Shown here in pieces: positions 24,892 to 33,129 of a DNA stretch of 33,129 nt. The stretch comes from Verrucomicrobiia bacterium. GTDB lineage: Bacteria > Patescibacteriota > Saccharimonadia > Saccharimonadales > UBA4665. The stretch is taken from the NCBI GenBank assembly GCA_035486285.1, contig DATHNF010000079.1:1-33129 (forward strand). The letters run 5' to 3'. The notes under the pieces were generated by a model that was not told the DNA's origin, did no database searches, and was given only the letters and a program-made list of their open reading frames with translations. The stretch's first letter is position 1. Every line of letters starts with the position of its first letter. The translations under genes were made by a program, and so were the position numbers.

Positions 24892-25968
24892 TTAAGTCTC
24901 GAGGAAAGCTTTGAGCTGTTCCTGTTGTCGCTTAGATAGTTTGGTAGGAGTATCGACGGTAATGGTAATGATGTGGGCCCCACGACTGTTGCCGCGCAAA
25001 TGCGGAACACCGTGGTTAGAGAGTTTGAAGTCAGAACCCGATTGGGTGCCAACAGGAACCTTCATGCGGACTGGGCCATCGACAGTTTCGACCTCGATTT
25101 CGGTGCCCAGCGCAGCTTCGACCATGCCCACGTGTTCTTCGCTGAGAATTAGGTCGCCTTCACGGGTAAATTTCTTGTCTGGTTTAACGCGAATATTGAC
25201 GTAGAGGTCGCCTTTGGGACCGTTGGCGATGGCTTCGCCATGCTCGCGCAAACGAATGGTGGCACCGTCATCGATGCCAGCTGGGATCTTGAGTTGAATA
25301 GCCTGCTTCTTGGTCTGGGTGCCTTTGCCGCGGCAGACAGAACAAACTTTTTCGGGGATTTTGCCACGACCGTGGCACTTCGGGCAGAGAGCAGCCTGTT
25401 GAATATTACCAAAGATAGTCCGGGCTACAGTTACGACTTGGCCAGAACCTTTGCACTGGTCGCAGGTCTTGAGTTCGTGTCCGGGCTCAACCGTGGTACC
25501 TTTGCAGTGCTCGCAGGTATCATCGAGGTTTAATGTCAGGTCAACTTCGGTGCCAAAGACAGCTTGTTCGAAGCTTATCTCTACCCCAGCTTCGACATCG
25601 CGGCCACGGGCCTGCTGGGCCCGGCCTTGTTGCTGGCCACCTCCAAAGAAGCTGTTGAAGATATCGCCGAGGCCAAGGTCCCCGAAGTCAAAGTTGATAT
25701 TCTGGCCCTGGCCACCAAAACCACCGCCAAACGGGTTCCCGCCGCCCGCTGCGCCGCCGACACCAGCATGGCCAAACTGGTCATAGCGCTTGCGTTTGTC
25801 GGTGTCCTTCAGGACTTCGTAGGCCTCATTCAGCTCCTTGAACTTGGCTTCGTCGCCGCCGCGGTCCGGGTGATGCTCCACAGCTGCCCGACGGAAAGCT
25901 TTCTTGATTTCGTCAGCGGAAGCACTCTTACCAACGCCCAGCACTTCGTAATAATCACGCTTCGCCAT
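24892..25968 (-). CDS. dnaJ: chaperone DnaJ (type I)
   Basis: J domain with HPD ([10 protein letters not shown]), a G/F region, four CxxCxGxG zinc-finger repeats and an AGGAGG SD. Confidence 0.95.
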   Translation of the reverse strand: MAKRDYYEVLGVGKSASADEIKKAFRRAAVEHHPDRGGDEAKFKELNEAYEVLKDTDKRKRYDQFGHAGVGGAAGGGNPFGGGFGGQGQNINFDFGDLGLGDIFNSFFGGGQQQGRAQQARGRDVEAGVEISFEQAVFGTEVDLTLNLDDTCEHCKGTTVEPGHELKTCDQCKGSGQVVTVARTIFGNIQQAALCPKCHGRGKIPEKVCSVCRGKGTQTKKQAIQLKIPAGIDDGATIRLREHGEAIANGPKGDLYVNIRVKPDKKFTREGDLILSEEHVGMVEAALGTEIEVETVDGPVRMKVPVGTQSGSDFKLSNHGVPHLRGNSRGAHIITITVDTPTKLSKRQQEQLKAFLET

Positions 25969-26251
25969 ATCTCGACTCCTCCTGGCGAATGATAGCTTCG
26001 GCTATGTTAAAAATTCTATCGCTGTGTTCTGGGGACACGCCATACTTCCTGACAACATACCGCTCCAAAGCATCTCTGCAATCCTCTTCCTCTGATGCCC
26101 CCTCAGGCCCAAAACATACAAAAAGGCTGACTGCGTCCCTGACGACATCGTCATTTGTCGCTACCTGTAGCATAACGTCCGTTTGGACCGTTGAGTCAAC
26201 AATAGTCCAAAAAGGGTCGTCTGTCGTATCTTGGCGCCGCTCTCTGTTCAT
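25955..26251 (-). CDS. hypothetical small acidic protein (98 aa)
   Basis: ORF in the operon orientation, overlapping the dnaJ start by 14 nt. It shares an RDA[LI]ER...YG[VL]S.E motif with the 153-aa neighbour. Confidence 0.5.
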   Translation of the reverse strand: MNRERRQDTTDDPFWTIVDSTVQTDVMLQVATNDDVVRDAVSLFVCFGPEGASEEEDCRDALERYVVRKYGVSPEHSDRIFNIAEAIIRQEESRYGEA

Positions 26252-26280
26252 CGTTTTATTCTATCAGTTCTAGGTAACAA

Positions 26281-26742
26281 CTACTCGACTCCCGCCCAGT
26301 CGCGAACATTGTCTTCGACCTCCTGACAGGCAATTTCAAACGCTTCCCGGCTCAGGCCATAATCAGTCCGCAGCACGTCTAGCGTCGTATAGACCCCGTC
26401 TCTTTCTATGGCATCACGTAGCTTAGGGTCAACGAGCTCCGCGGCCTGTACGAACTTCAAGCAGATGCAAGCCGATAGGCGCTCATCACGTATGACTTGG
26501 TCGATCAATGTGGTGCCTGGATGCTCCTGCATGGATAGCCAGGGGAAGTTGTTCTGGTAAGGAGTCTCGGCCTCTCCAACCGTCGCAACCGCTTGGGCAT
26601 AGTGCTCACCGCTATTTGTAGCCCGGTTACCAATAAATGCCAGCGTGCCCGATCCGACCGCATGAAGGTGTCGCGGCCGTCTTGACCGCGCCTGGCGGCC
26701 GGATCTTTCTCGAAACTGGTCTAAATCTACAACTTCATGCAT
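26281..26742 (-). CDS. hypothetical protein (153 aa)
   Basis: ORF with an 8-nt overlap to cutA. It has a basic N-terminus and an acidic C-terminal half. Confidence 0.55.
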   Translation of the reverse strand: MHEVVDLDQFRERSGRQARSRRPRHLHAVGSGTLAFIGNRATNSGEHYAQAVATVGEAETPYQNNFPWLSMQEHPGTTLIDQVIRDERLSACICLKFVQAAELVDPKLRDAIERDGVYTTLDVLRTDYGLSREAFEIACQEVEDNVRDWAGVE

Positions 26743-27055
26743 CGAGTGTCTCCCGTAGCCATTGAGCGGCTTCTTTGGATATAGTGTCTACTGGTAGAGA
26801 TTTTAACACAAATGTGTCATAACTGTGAAGTTTGGCAACTTCCGCTTCCACCTTTTCGAAGTTACGGGCAACGGTTTCCATAATGAGTTTGATCTCTTTG
26901 GCTTCCTCAAGTGTGCCCTGCCAGTGATATTTGCTCTTGACCTCTATGAATTCTACGCACGCTACCAAGCGCTTCTCGAGTACAGCGTCAGCAATCCGCT
27001 GCGCTTCTTGCCAGCTGCCGCAGGTTAAAACCAGTTCTATAAACTCAGTGTTCAT
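26735..27055 (-). CDS. cutA: divalent-cation tolerance protein CutA
   Basis: 106 aa. LVACVEFIEVKSKYHWQGTLEEAKEIKLIMET...LHSYDTF is the CutA1 pattern. Confidence 0.85.
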   Translation of the reverse strand: MNTEFIELVLTCGSWQEAQRIADAVLEKRLVACVEFIEVKSKYHWQGTLEEAKEIKLIMETVARNFEKVEAEVAKLHSYDTFVLKSLPVDTISKEAAQWLRETLDA

Positions 27056-27069
27056 GTCTCTTACCTAGT

Positions 27070-27525
27070 TTAGGCTAGCTCTTTCTTCATCTTGGGACAC
27101 AAAATAACAACTTGGCCTATTATACCGACCGCTAGCGAGCCTGTTTCCCGATAGCCAAGATTCTCATAAAACCCCATCGCTTCAGGTTCAGCATGAAGCG
27201 TTAAACAAGAAGCACCGGCATCACGAACTAACATTTCCGCGGCATCATGGACTTTTCTGCCCAAGCCTTGCCGCCTACGGTCTCTCGCAGTTACCATCAA
27301 ATTTACGTAGTGGCCAAAGCTTGGGTGATTTTCTACTCTTAAAGTAGAGACTACTCTGTCGTCCTCTAGACCTGCCATGTGAATTGTGTCTTGTGCCGCA
27401 TCAACTAACGCATCACTTTCGTAAGGCGTTGTTAGACCAAGCGGCTTGTATAGCTCTTCTAGACGTAGCTCACGTACAGCCAACATTTCGTCTAATGTTG
27501 GGGCTCTTACCTCTAGCCTGGGCAT
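27070..27525 (-). CDS. GNAT-family N-acetyltransferase
   Basis: 151 aa with motif A RRQGLGRKV and FYENLGY. Confidence 0.8.
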   Translation of the reverse strand: MPRLEVRAPTLDEMLAVRELRLEELYKPLGLTTPYESDALVDAAQDTIHMAGLEDDRVVSTLRVENHPSFGHYVNLMVTARDRRRQGLGRKVHDAAEMLVRDAGASCLTLHAEPEAMGFYENLGYRETGSLAVGIIGQVVILCPKMKKELA

Positions 27526-27535
27526 ATTATTGGTG

Positions 27536-29461
27536 TTATTTTTCTTTCTTGTCGTCGACGACTTCGCCTTCTATGGGGTCGTCTTTGGAGTCGTCAGCTT
27601 TTTTGCCATCTTCGGAGTCGGCATCTTCGGCAGGGGCCTCGGAGGCTTGGGCTTGTTCGTACATTTTGGAGCCAATGGGCATTAGTTTGTCATTGAGTTC
27701 TTTGGCAGCATTTTCGAGAGCTTCTTTGTCGGCCTTCTCGTCAGCCACGGCCTTTTTGGCAGTCTCAATGGCTTCATCGAGGGTTTTCATATCATCGCCG
27801 GCAATCTTGTCGCCGCTGTCTTTCTTAAGCTTCTCGGCCTGGTAGACGGCGCCATCGAGAATATTGCGGGCTTCAACGAGTTCTTTCTTGGCCTTGTCTT
27901 CGTCGGCGTGGGCTTCGGCTTCTTTGGCCATCTTCTCAACCTCGGTTTTGTCGAGGTTGCCGGAACCACTGATAGTGATGCTCTGCTCTTTGCCGCTGCC
28001 CTTGTCCTTGGCAGTAACGTTTAAAATGCCGTTAGCGTCGATGTTAAAAGTCACTTCAATTTGCGGAACACCGCGTGGCGCGGGTGGAATACCATCGAGG
28101 ATGAAGCGGCCGAGGGATTTGTTGCCTTCGATCATGTCACGTTCACCTTGGGCAACGTGAACTTCGACCTGCGGCTGGTTGTCGGCGGCCGTGGAGAAGA
28201 CTTCGGACTTGGAGGTCGGGATAGTAGTGTTGCGTTCGATGAGCTTGGTCATGACGCCACCCATGGTTTCAATGCCAAGACTCAGCGGTGTTACATCCAG
28301 CAGCAGCACGTCCTTGACGTCGCCTTGTAGCACACCGCCCTGAATCGCGGCGCCGATTGCCACGACCTCGTCAGGGTTCACGCCTTTCATGGGCTCCTTA
28401 CCGAAGATTTGCTTGACTTTTTCTTGGACAGCCGGCATGCGGGTCATGCCACCGACTAATACGACGGCGTCAATGTCAGCGGCTTTGACCTTGGCGTCTT
28501 TGAGCGCCTTTTCGCAAGGCGCGGCTGTTTTGTCAATCAGTTCAGCGACCAGACTTTCTAGCTTGGCGCGAGTCAGCTTGTGCTCGAAGTGCTTGGGGCC
28601 ATCAGCATCCGCGGTTAGGAATGGCAGGTTAATGTCAACTTCTTGGGCGGTAGAGAGCTCAATCTTCGCCTTTTCAGCTTCGTCACGTAGGCGCTGCATG
28701 GCAGCCTTGTCGTCGCTGATGTCGATGCCGTGTTCTTTCTTGAATTCGTCAGCAAAGTAGTTGATGATGACGCGGTCAAAGTCAGCTCCACCAAGGTGGG
28801 TGTCGCCATTGGTGCTCTTCACTTCAAACACACCATCACCCAGCTCTAAGATGGAGACGTCAAAGGTACCACCACCAAGGTCGTACACGGCGATCTTTTC
28901 ATCCTTGTTCTCGGCTTTGTCCAAGCCGTAGGCCAATGCAGCAGCAGTTGGTTCATTGATGATACGCTTAACTTCCAAGCCAGCGATCTTGCCAGCGTCT
29001 TTGGTAGCTTGGCGCTGCGAATCGTCGAAGTAAGCTGGCACAGTGATGACAGCTTCAGTGACTTTGTCGCCGAGGAAGCTTTCGGCATCAGCCTTAAGCT
29101 TACCTAGGATCATGGCGCTGACTTCCTCTGGGCTGTATTCTTTGTCACCCATCTTGACCTTGACGCCATTGCCGCTTTTAATGATTTCGTAGCCCATGAG
29201 CTTGATGTCGCGCTGGACTTCTTTGTCGTTGAAGTTGCGGCCGATGAGGCGCTTAACTTCATAGATTGTGTTCTTAGAGTTGGTCACCTGCTGGCGACGA
29301 GCGACCTGTCCGACCAGCCGTTCTTTGTTCTTATTAACGGCGACAACGCTCGGTGTGGTCCGATTGCCTTCGCTATTAGCAATAATCTCCGGTTTGCCAG
29401 ACTGCATAACAGCCATTGCCGAGTTAGTGGTACCTAAGTCGATTCCAATTATTTTACCCAT
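27536..29461 (-). CDS. dnaK: chaperone DnaK (Hsp70)
   Basis: 641 aa with [28 protein letters not shown] and an acidic C-terminal tail. Confidence 0.97.
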   Translation of the reverse strand: MGKIIGIDLGTTNSAMAVMQSGKPEIIANSEGNRTTPSVVAVNKNKERLVGQVARRQQVTNSKNTIYEVKRLIGRNFNDKEVQRDIKLMGYEIIKSGNGVKVKMGDKEYSPEEVSAMILGKLKADAESFLGDKVTEAVITVPAYFDDSQRQATKDAGKIAGLEVKRIINEPTAAALAYGLDKAENKDEKIAVYDLGGGTFDVSILELGDGVFEVKSTNGDTHLGGADFDRVIINYFADEFKKEHGIDISDDKAAMQRLRDEAEKAKIELSTAQEVDINLPFLTADADGPKHFEHKLTRAKLESLVAELIDKTAAPCEKALKDAKVKAADIDAVVLVGGMTRMPAVQEKVKQIFGKEPMKGVNPDEVVAIGAAIQGGVLQGDVKDVLLLDVTPLSLGIETMGGVMTKLIERNTTIPTSKSEVFSTAADNQPQVEVHVAQGERDMIEGNKSLGRFILDGIPPAPRGVPQIEVTFNIDANGILNVTAKDKGSGKEQSITISGSGNLDKTEVEKMAKEAEAHADEDKAKKELVEARNILDGAVYQAEKLKKDSGDKIAGDDMKTLDEAIETAKKAVADEKADKEALENAAKELNDKLMPIGSKMYEQAQASEAPAEDADSEDGKKADDSKDDPIEGEVVDDKKEK

Positions 29462-29478
29462 AGCTTTGATCTCCTTTT

Positions 29479-29637
29479 CTATTCAGATTCTAGGTTTGCT
29501 AATTCGATTATGTTGGCAAGTGTTGTTTCCCCTATGTCATGCGCCAATTGGGGCCTGATATTTGACGGACTAATTACTGACTCGGCTGTCGTAGAACTGT
29601 CTCTTGAGAAAACGTCCTCTTCTAACTGTGTGCGCAT
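29479..29637 (-). CDS. possible 52-aa leader ORF between CIRCE and dnaK
   Basis: My translation: [53 protein letters not shown] weak SD (AAAGGA) precedes it. It ends 17 nt before the dnaK ATG. Confidence 0.3.
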   Translation of the reverse strand: MRTQLEEDVFSRDSSTTAESVISPSNIRPQLAHDIGETTLANIIELANLESE

Positions 29638-29652
29638 AGTTTCGTCCTTTCT

Positions 29653-29689
29653 CTAAGCTAGCAGTCGCGTATAACTACTGCTAGCTTAG
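29653..29689. promoter_or_regulatory. perfect 12-bp inverted repeat (ctaagctagcag-N13-ctgctagcttag) next to CIRCE
   Basis: The arms at 29653-29664 and 29678-29689 are exact reverse complements. The upstream arm (minus-strand sense) contains the predicted -10 TAAGCT (29683-29688). Confidence 0.6.
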
Positions 29690-29693
29690 ACAA

Positions 29694-29720
29694 TTAGCAC
29701 TCTCATGTCAAGAGTGCTAA
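29694..29720 (-). promoter_or_regulatory. CIRCE operator (HrcA site) with embedded -35, dnaK promoter
   Basis: TTAGCACTC-N9-GAGTGCTAA is a perfect match. On the minus strand the spacer reads TTGACAtga, giving TTGACA (29706-29711), 17 nt spacer, TAAGCT (29683-29688). Confidence 0.9.
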
Positions 29721-29853
29721 TGTTGTTATTTATGCACTATCTCAGTATACTTAACCGCTCGTCTGGGGATAATATTGATAATAGTAAGTCCTTTATCACG
29801 CTTGCTTCTCTCTGTGCACGGCCACTCCAGTTATGCATAGCATCAGGGTCACT

Positions 29854-30105
29854 CTATGTAATCGCTAGCTCGCTCAATCTAGTTAAGTGACCACGTGGTA
29901 TTTCCGAAAGTCTTTCAGCCGCTACATGTAGGGCTTGATCGGCTTCGCTACCCTGCAAAACTGCTTGCACGGCATATCGGTCTGCTTCAGGCTGGTGCGT
30001 CAAGGTAAAGTCATATACATGCCGCTCTATACCTCTGAAAATATCTTTCGCGAACTCATGGGCTGCCCCGAAAGACATATCAGATGCTGGTGTGTGATTA
30101 GCCAT
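29854..30105 (-). CDS. hypothetical small protein (83 aa)
   Basis: ORF in the operon orientation with an AAGGA-type SD. No motif recognised. Confidence 0.5.
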   Translation of the reverse strand: MANHTPASDMSFGAAHEFAKDIFRGIERHVYDFTLTHQPEADRYAVQAVLQGSEADQALHVAAERLSEIPRGHLTRLSELAIT

Positions 30106-30132
30106 GTATCGTCCTTCTATATGGAGCAGTTG

Positions 30133-30459
30133 TTAAGACCCGGCGGAATTCCACGCCTCGACGAGAGTAGCCCCACCTTGACTCATTATTGCGCTACGGA
30201 CAGCCTTGTCAACCCAGCCGAGTAAGTAAAGAACTTCACAATACCTAGTTTCTGGGTGTAGCGAAGTCCGCCAGTCACTTCGTATAAGATCGTCAATCTT
30301 TGAAAAATCAAAGTCTTGCAATTCTAAGATTACACCGTAACGGCTTGCCGCCTCTTCATCCTCAATAACGCGACAATGAAACTCATCAAAGCTTTCTTGA
30401 CCGCAAACTTCACCCCTAAGATTAGTATCTGCTTCAAAATGCTCTAAAAGCCGGTCCAT
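30133..30459 (-). CDS. hypothetical small acidic protein (108 aa)
   Basis: TAATG overlap with the grpE stop suggests translational coupling. No motif recognised. Confidence 0.6.
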   Translation of the reverse strand: MDRLLEHFEADTNLRGEVCGQESFDEFHCRVIEDEEAASRYGVILELQDFDFSKIDDLIRSDWRTSLHPETRYCEVLYLLGWVDKAVRSAIMSQGGATLVEAWNSAGS

Positions 30460-30950
30460 TAAATCTCTCCGGATTTAACGCGAACCATAGCGTGGCGGAT
30501 AACATCGTCGCCGAGACGGTAGCCAGCTTGGAGCTCTTCGCTGACAACCTCCTGAGTACCATCGCCTTCTTCCATACTAACGGCTTCGTGGAGGACCGGG
30601 TCGAAGGGCTGGCCAACGGTTTTGATACGCTCGACACCCATGTCGGCCAACGTTTTTTCGAACTGCTTGACGACGCCTTGGACACCCTTGACGTAATCAT
30701 TCTCAGCGAGGTCCTTTGGCACATGCTTAAGGGCACGCTCGAAGTTATCTATGACTGGCAGCAGTTCAGCTATAACATTAGCTTTGAGCCGGGTGCGCAG
30801 ACTGGCGATTTCTTCTTCGTGGCGGCGACGTATATTAGTGGCATCAGCCCGCTCGCGCTGCAAAGCATTTGTTAGCTCGGCTAATTTCGCCTGGAGCTGC
30901 TCGGTGGGCTCGTTTGTTCCTGGTTTATGATCTTTTTTGGCTTTAGGCAT
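30459..30950 (-). CDS. grpE: nucleotide exchange factor GrpE
   Basis: 163 aa with an N-terminal coiled coil and a C-terminal FDPVLHEAV...GYRLGDDVIRHAMVRV. Confidence 0.9.
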   Translation of the reverse strand: MPKAKKDHKPGTNEPTEQLQAKLAELTNALQRERADATNIRRRHEEEIASLRTRLKANVIAELLPVIDNFERALKHVPKDLAENDYVKGVQGVVKQFEKTLADMGVERIKTVGQPFDPVLHEAVSMEEGDGTQEVVSEELQAGYRLGDDVIRHAMVRVKSGEI

Positions 30951-31059
30951 ATTATTGTATTCCTCTACATGTACTCCAGTTGCAGTTTCTTTTCATTCAG
31001 GATTTGGACGGCATATCTAAGGCCACTATGAATGTCCTGAGAATCGTATCCTTCTTCCG

Positions 31060-31215
31060 CTAAACGTCGCACGTTTCTTCAATCCTTGCTGCGGGAGTTT
31101 GTAAATCCAGGGTACCCGTTGTCAGAGAGAAATGAGGATCCAGTAATTCATAAAACCTGTCCGAGCAGATTTCAATGGCTTCTTCATCACCATGTAGCGT
31201 TTCAAAATCAGGCAT
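31060..31215 (-). CDS. possible 51-aa acidic ORF (maybe the 5' part of a frame-broken ~85-aa gene)
   Basis: My translation: MPDFETLHGDEEAIEICSDRFYELLDPHFSLTTGTLDLQTPAARIEETCDV. GAGGAGG lies 6 nt upstream, inside the hrcA 3' end. A protein-like reading continues in the -1 frame to 30965. Confidence 0.3.
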   Translation of the reverse strand: MPDFETLHGDEEAIEICSDRFYELLDPHFSLTTGTLDLQTPAARIEETCDV

Positions 31216-31915
31216 ACAACACCTCCTCAAGTTCTTGGCCAGCGCGAGCCACCAATGTCATCACGTCGCGATAATTCTGGCGGGTCGGGCCAAGCGTGCC
31301 AATATAGCTACGATCGCTAAATGGACTCCGGAAACGGCTAATCACTAGGCTGACACCAGCCGTTCGGCCGATAGGGTTCTCGCTGCCAATATAGACACTG
31401 AGTGGCTCATTGGGGGCAGCTTCGCGCAACCACGGCTCTAGGTTATCAAGCAATTGGGCGACTTGCTGGACTTGGACACCGCCAATAAACTCCGGCTGTC
31501 CAAAGAGATTGCTAAGGCCGCTCATATACAGCTGGTTACCGATTGTAGCCAGGCCAAGATTGTGTGTTAGTTCAACTAGCGTATCGGTGGCATTACGAAT
31601 CATACGCTCTGGTGCTCCGGCGTGCTGGACACGGGACGCTAATGCCCGCTCGGCGCGGCGCTCAGGGAAGCTGGGGGCACCTGTTTCGGTCAAGCTGTTG
31701 ACATAGAAGCGATAGCCTTTGTCGGTTGGGATACGGCCAGCGCTGGTATGCGGCTGCATGATATAACCATGTCGTTCTAGTTCAGCCATTTCTGCCCGGA
31801 TAGTTGCTGAGCTGACACTGAATAGCTTAGCTAGCAGTGTGCTGCCGACCGGGCTGGCTACTTCGGCATGCTGCTCGACAATAGCGCTCAAAATAGCTTG
31901 TTGGCGATCTGTCAT
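31208..31915 (-). CDS. hrcA: heat-inducible repressor HrcA (short, 235 aa)
   Basis: ATG 31915 (MTDRQQAILSAIVEQH...) is preferred over TTG 31927. It has a winged helix plus GYIMQPHTSAGRIPTDKGYRFYV. CIRCE lies upstream. Confidence 0.85.
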   Translation of the reverse strand: MTDRQQAILSAIVEQHAEVASPVGSTLLAKLFSVSSATIRAEMAELERHGYIMQPHTSAGRIPTDKGYRFYVNSLTETGAPSFPERRAERALASRVQHAGAPERMIRNATDTLVELTHNLGLATIGNQLYMSGLSNLFGQPEFIGGVQVQQVAQLLDNLEPWLREAAPNEPLSVYIGSENPIGRTAGVSLVISRFRSPFSDRSYIGTLGPTRQNYRDVMTLVARAGQELEEVLYA

Positions 31916-31957
31916 TGTAGTACTCAAATCTATTACGTCTCTTAGATTATAAAACTT

Positions 31958-31984
31958 TTAGCACTCAATAGTCAAGAGTGCCAA
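31958..31984 (-). promoter_or_regulatory. CIRCE operator with embedded -35, hrcA promoter
   Basis: TTAGCACTC-N9-GAGTGCCAA has one mismatch. On the minus strand: TTGACT (31970-31975), 18 nt spacer, TATAAT (31946-31951). Confidence 0.85.
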
Positions 31985-32001
31985 ATTCGGACTTTGGCTA
32001 C

Positions 32002-32727
32002 TTAGGCAGGGGTTTCGAGATAGGCGCGGGTAGCGGCCGCAAGTTGACGGGCCAGTTGCCGGGCGGCAGCTTCTTGGGCCGGGTCATGCTGACGGCTAGC
32101 GACAATAGCTTGCACCTCCGCCACGCTGCTGTCTAGTGTTTTGTTAATCACTGTGAAATAGTAGTCCGTCGCCAGCAATTGATCAATCTCGTGGAGTGCC
32201 GTTTGCATACGGCGACGCAAGTCGGCAGGATCAACTGTCTCGCCATACCGGCCGCGCAGGCGGCTTTGCCAAGTTTCGAAGTCGGGCGGCAGCAGGAAGA
32301 CAGCTATGATATTCGGGTCAATCGCTTTGTATTCGGCTACCCCCTGCACTTCCAAGTCCATCACGGCAATTTCGCTGCCATCATGCGCCGCCTGAATTTC
32401 GGCTACGCTGGTGCCATAAATGTTTCCACTGTATGTTTTGGCTTCCACGAAAGCGTGCTCCTCGACCATGCATTCGGCTGTCCGCACATCAATGAAATGG
32501 TATTCTTTGCCCTCTTGTTCGGGAACTCCCTGATTGATACGGGGCGGTCGGCTGGTGTGCGAGATAATCTTGTGGTATCCGCCGCGGGCCAACAACGCCT
32601 GCTTGAGAGAATCTTTGCCGCCACCGGTTGGCCCGACCAGCAGCAGGATCGTGGTTTGCTTGATGAGAGCAGCAGTCTGGGGGGTGGGTTTATAATTTTT
32701 TAGTGTTTGAACAAGCTTATCCATCAT
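32002..32727 (-). CDS. gmk: guanylate kinase-like protein with a C-terminal extension
   Basis: P-loop GPTGGGKDSL, HTSRPPR...EYHFIDV and SGNIYGTS are Gmk-like. Confidence 0.75.
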   Translation of the reverse strand: MMDKLVQTLKNYKPTPQTAALIKQTTILLLVGPTGGGKDSLKQALLARGGYHKIISHTSRPPRINQGVPEQEGKEYHFIDVRTAECMVEEHAFVEAKTYSGNIYGTSVAEIQAAHDGSEIAVMDLEVQGVAEYKAIDPNIIAVFLLPPDFETWQSRLRGRYGETVDPADLRRRMQTALHEIDQLLATDYYFTVINKTLDSSVAEVQAIVASRQHDPAQEAAARQLARQLAAATRAYLETPA

Positions 32728-32820
32728 ATATGTATAACAGAATGACAGAGGTCAGACAAGTGTATATAGTCTCGCGACTCATCATTCCAATGGCCAGTGA
32801 CAGTATAAAATTTGCCTTTG

Positions 32821-33129
32821 CTACAGATAGCTGGCCCGTGAAAAAACTCGTGGGCGGCGTACAGCAAGCCGCAGCAAGATAGCGTGCACATGCATGCTCA
32901 GGGCGATCATGACGAAAGAAAGCAGGATATACAGCACAGCACTAAGGCTCAACAAGTTAGCGGCGCTGGCGTGGGCGGCGGTAATACTATATGGAATAAT
33001 TCGTTTCAAAAAAATGTCGATAAATATAAACCAGACGATTATCGCCAGCAGCCGGAGCGCTAGGTGTTGGACGGCAGTTCGCACGAGTTCATGTGGCCGG
33101 GTATTGACGTAATCAAGCTCTTTTTTCAA
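32821..33129 (-). CDS. hypothetical membrane protein, 5' end at or beyond the window edge
   Basis: The ORF is open to the last base, with only a TTG at 33127-33129. It has two to three hydrophobic helices. Confidence 0.4.
   Translation of the reverse strand: MKKELDYVNTRPHELVRTAVQHLALRLLAIIVWFIFIDIFLKRIIPYSITAAHASAANLLSLSAVLYILLSFVMIALSMHVHAILLRLAVRRPRVFSRASYL

Noticed and set aside
1-33129. CRISPR arrays, IS elements or transposases, integrases, toxin-antitoxin pairs or known defence systems
   Set aside because: I saw no tandem repeat-spacer pattern and no ORF with transposase, integrase, nuclease-defence or TA-like motifs on either strand.

Overview
This is a 33.1-kb stretch of a compact, gene-dense bacterial chromosome with many 1-, 4- or 8-nt start/stop overlaps. 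I saw no rRNA, CRISPR array, transposase or integrase. Gene content and style suggest a reduced-genome Patescibacteria/Saccharibacteria-like organism: a type IV pilus locus, ComEC, lamin-tail surface protein, PRC-barrel protein and short operon spacers. That placement is inference only. Order of content: tsaE (partial), LTD surface protein, PRC-barrel protein, recX, an unknown gene and a frameshifted recA. Then pilB-pilC-pilA-pilM-pilN-pilO plus a small TM gene, a PH-domain membrane protein and a 330-nt structured non-coding element. Then ruvB, a UbiB/ABC1 kinase flanked by two mini membrane ORFs, ruvA, a Pro-rich ORF, ruvC, a CYTH protein, yebC, comEC and tRNA-Lys(UUU). Then a three-gene ATP-grasp / retropepsin-like protease / RimK operon facing a stand-alone GGDEF cyclase. 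Last comes an expanded heat-shock locus (hrcA-x-grpE-x-x-CIRCE-x-dnaK-GNAT-cutA-x-x-dnaJ), gmk and a partial membrane ORF. Most worth a second look: (1) the strand-specific structured RNA/MITE-like element at 12780-13110, with a smaller relative at 2526-2610; (2) the two-ATP-grasp + retropepsin module next to a diguanylate cyclase; (3) conserved repair and chaperone operons interrupted by unknown, mostly small acidic ORFs, some apparently paralogous; (4) a 1-nt frame break in recA; (5) two CIRCE operators whose spacers carry the -35 hexamer, plus a second perfect palindrome over the dnaK -10; (6) repeated -10 hexamers 7-8 nt upstream of ATG, implying leaderless mRNAs. All functional calls rest on my reading of the translated ORFs and recognisable motifs. 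No database search was run.
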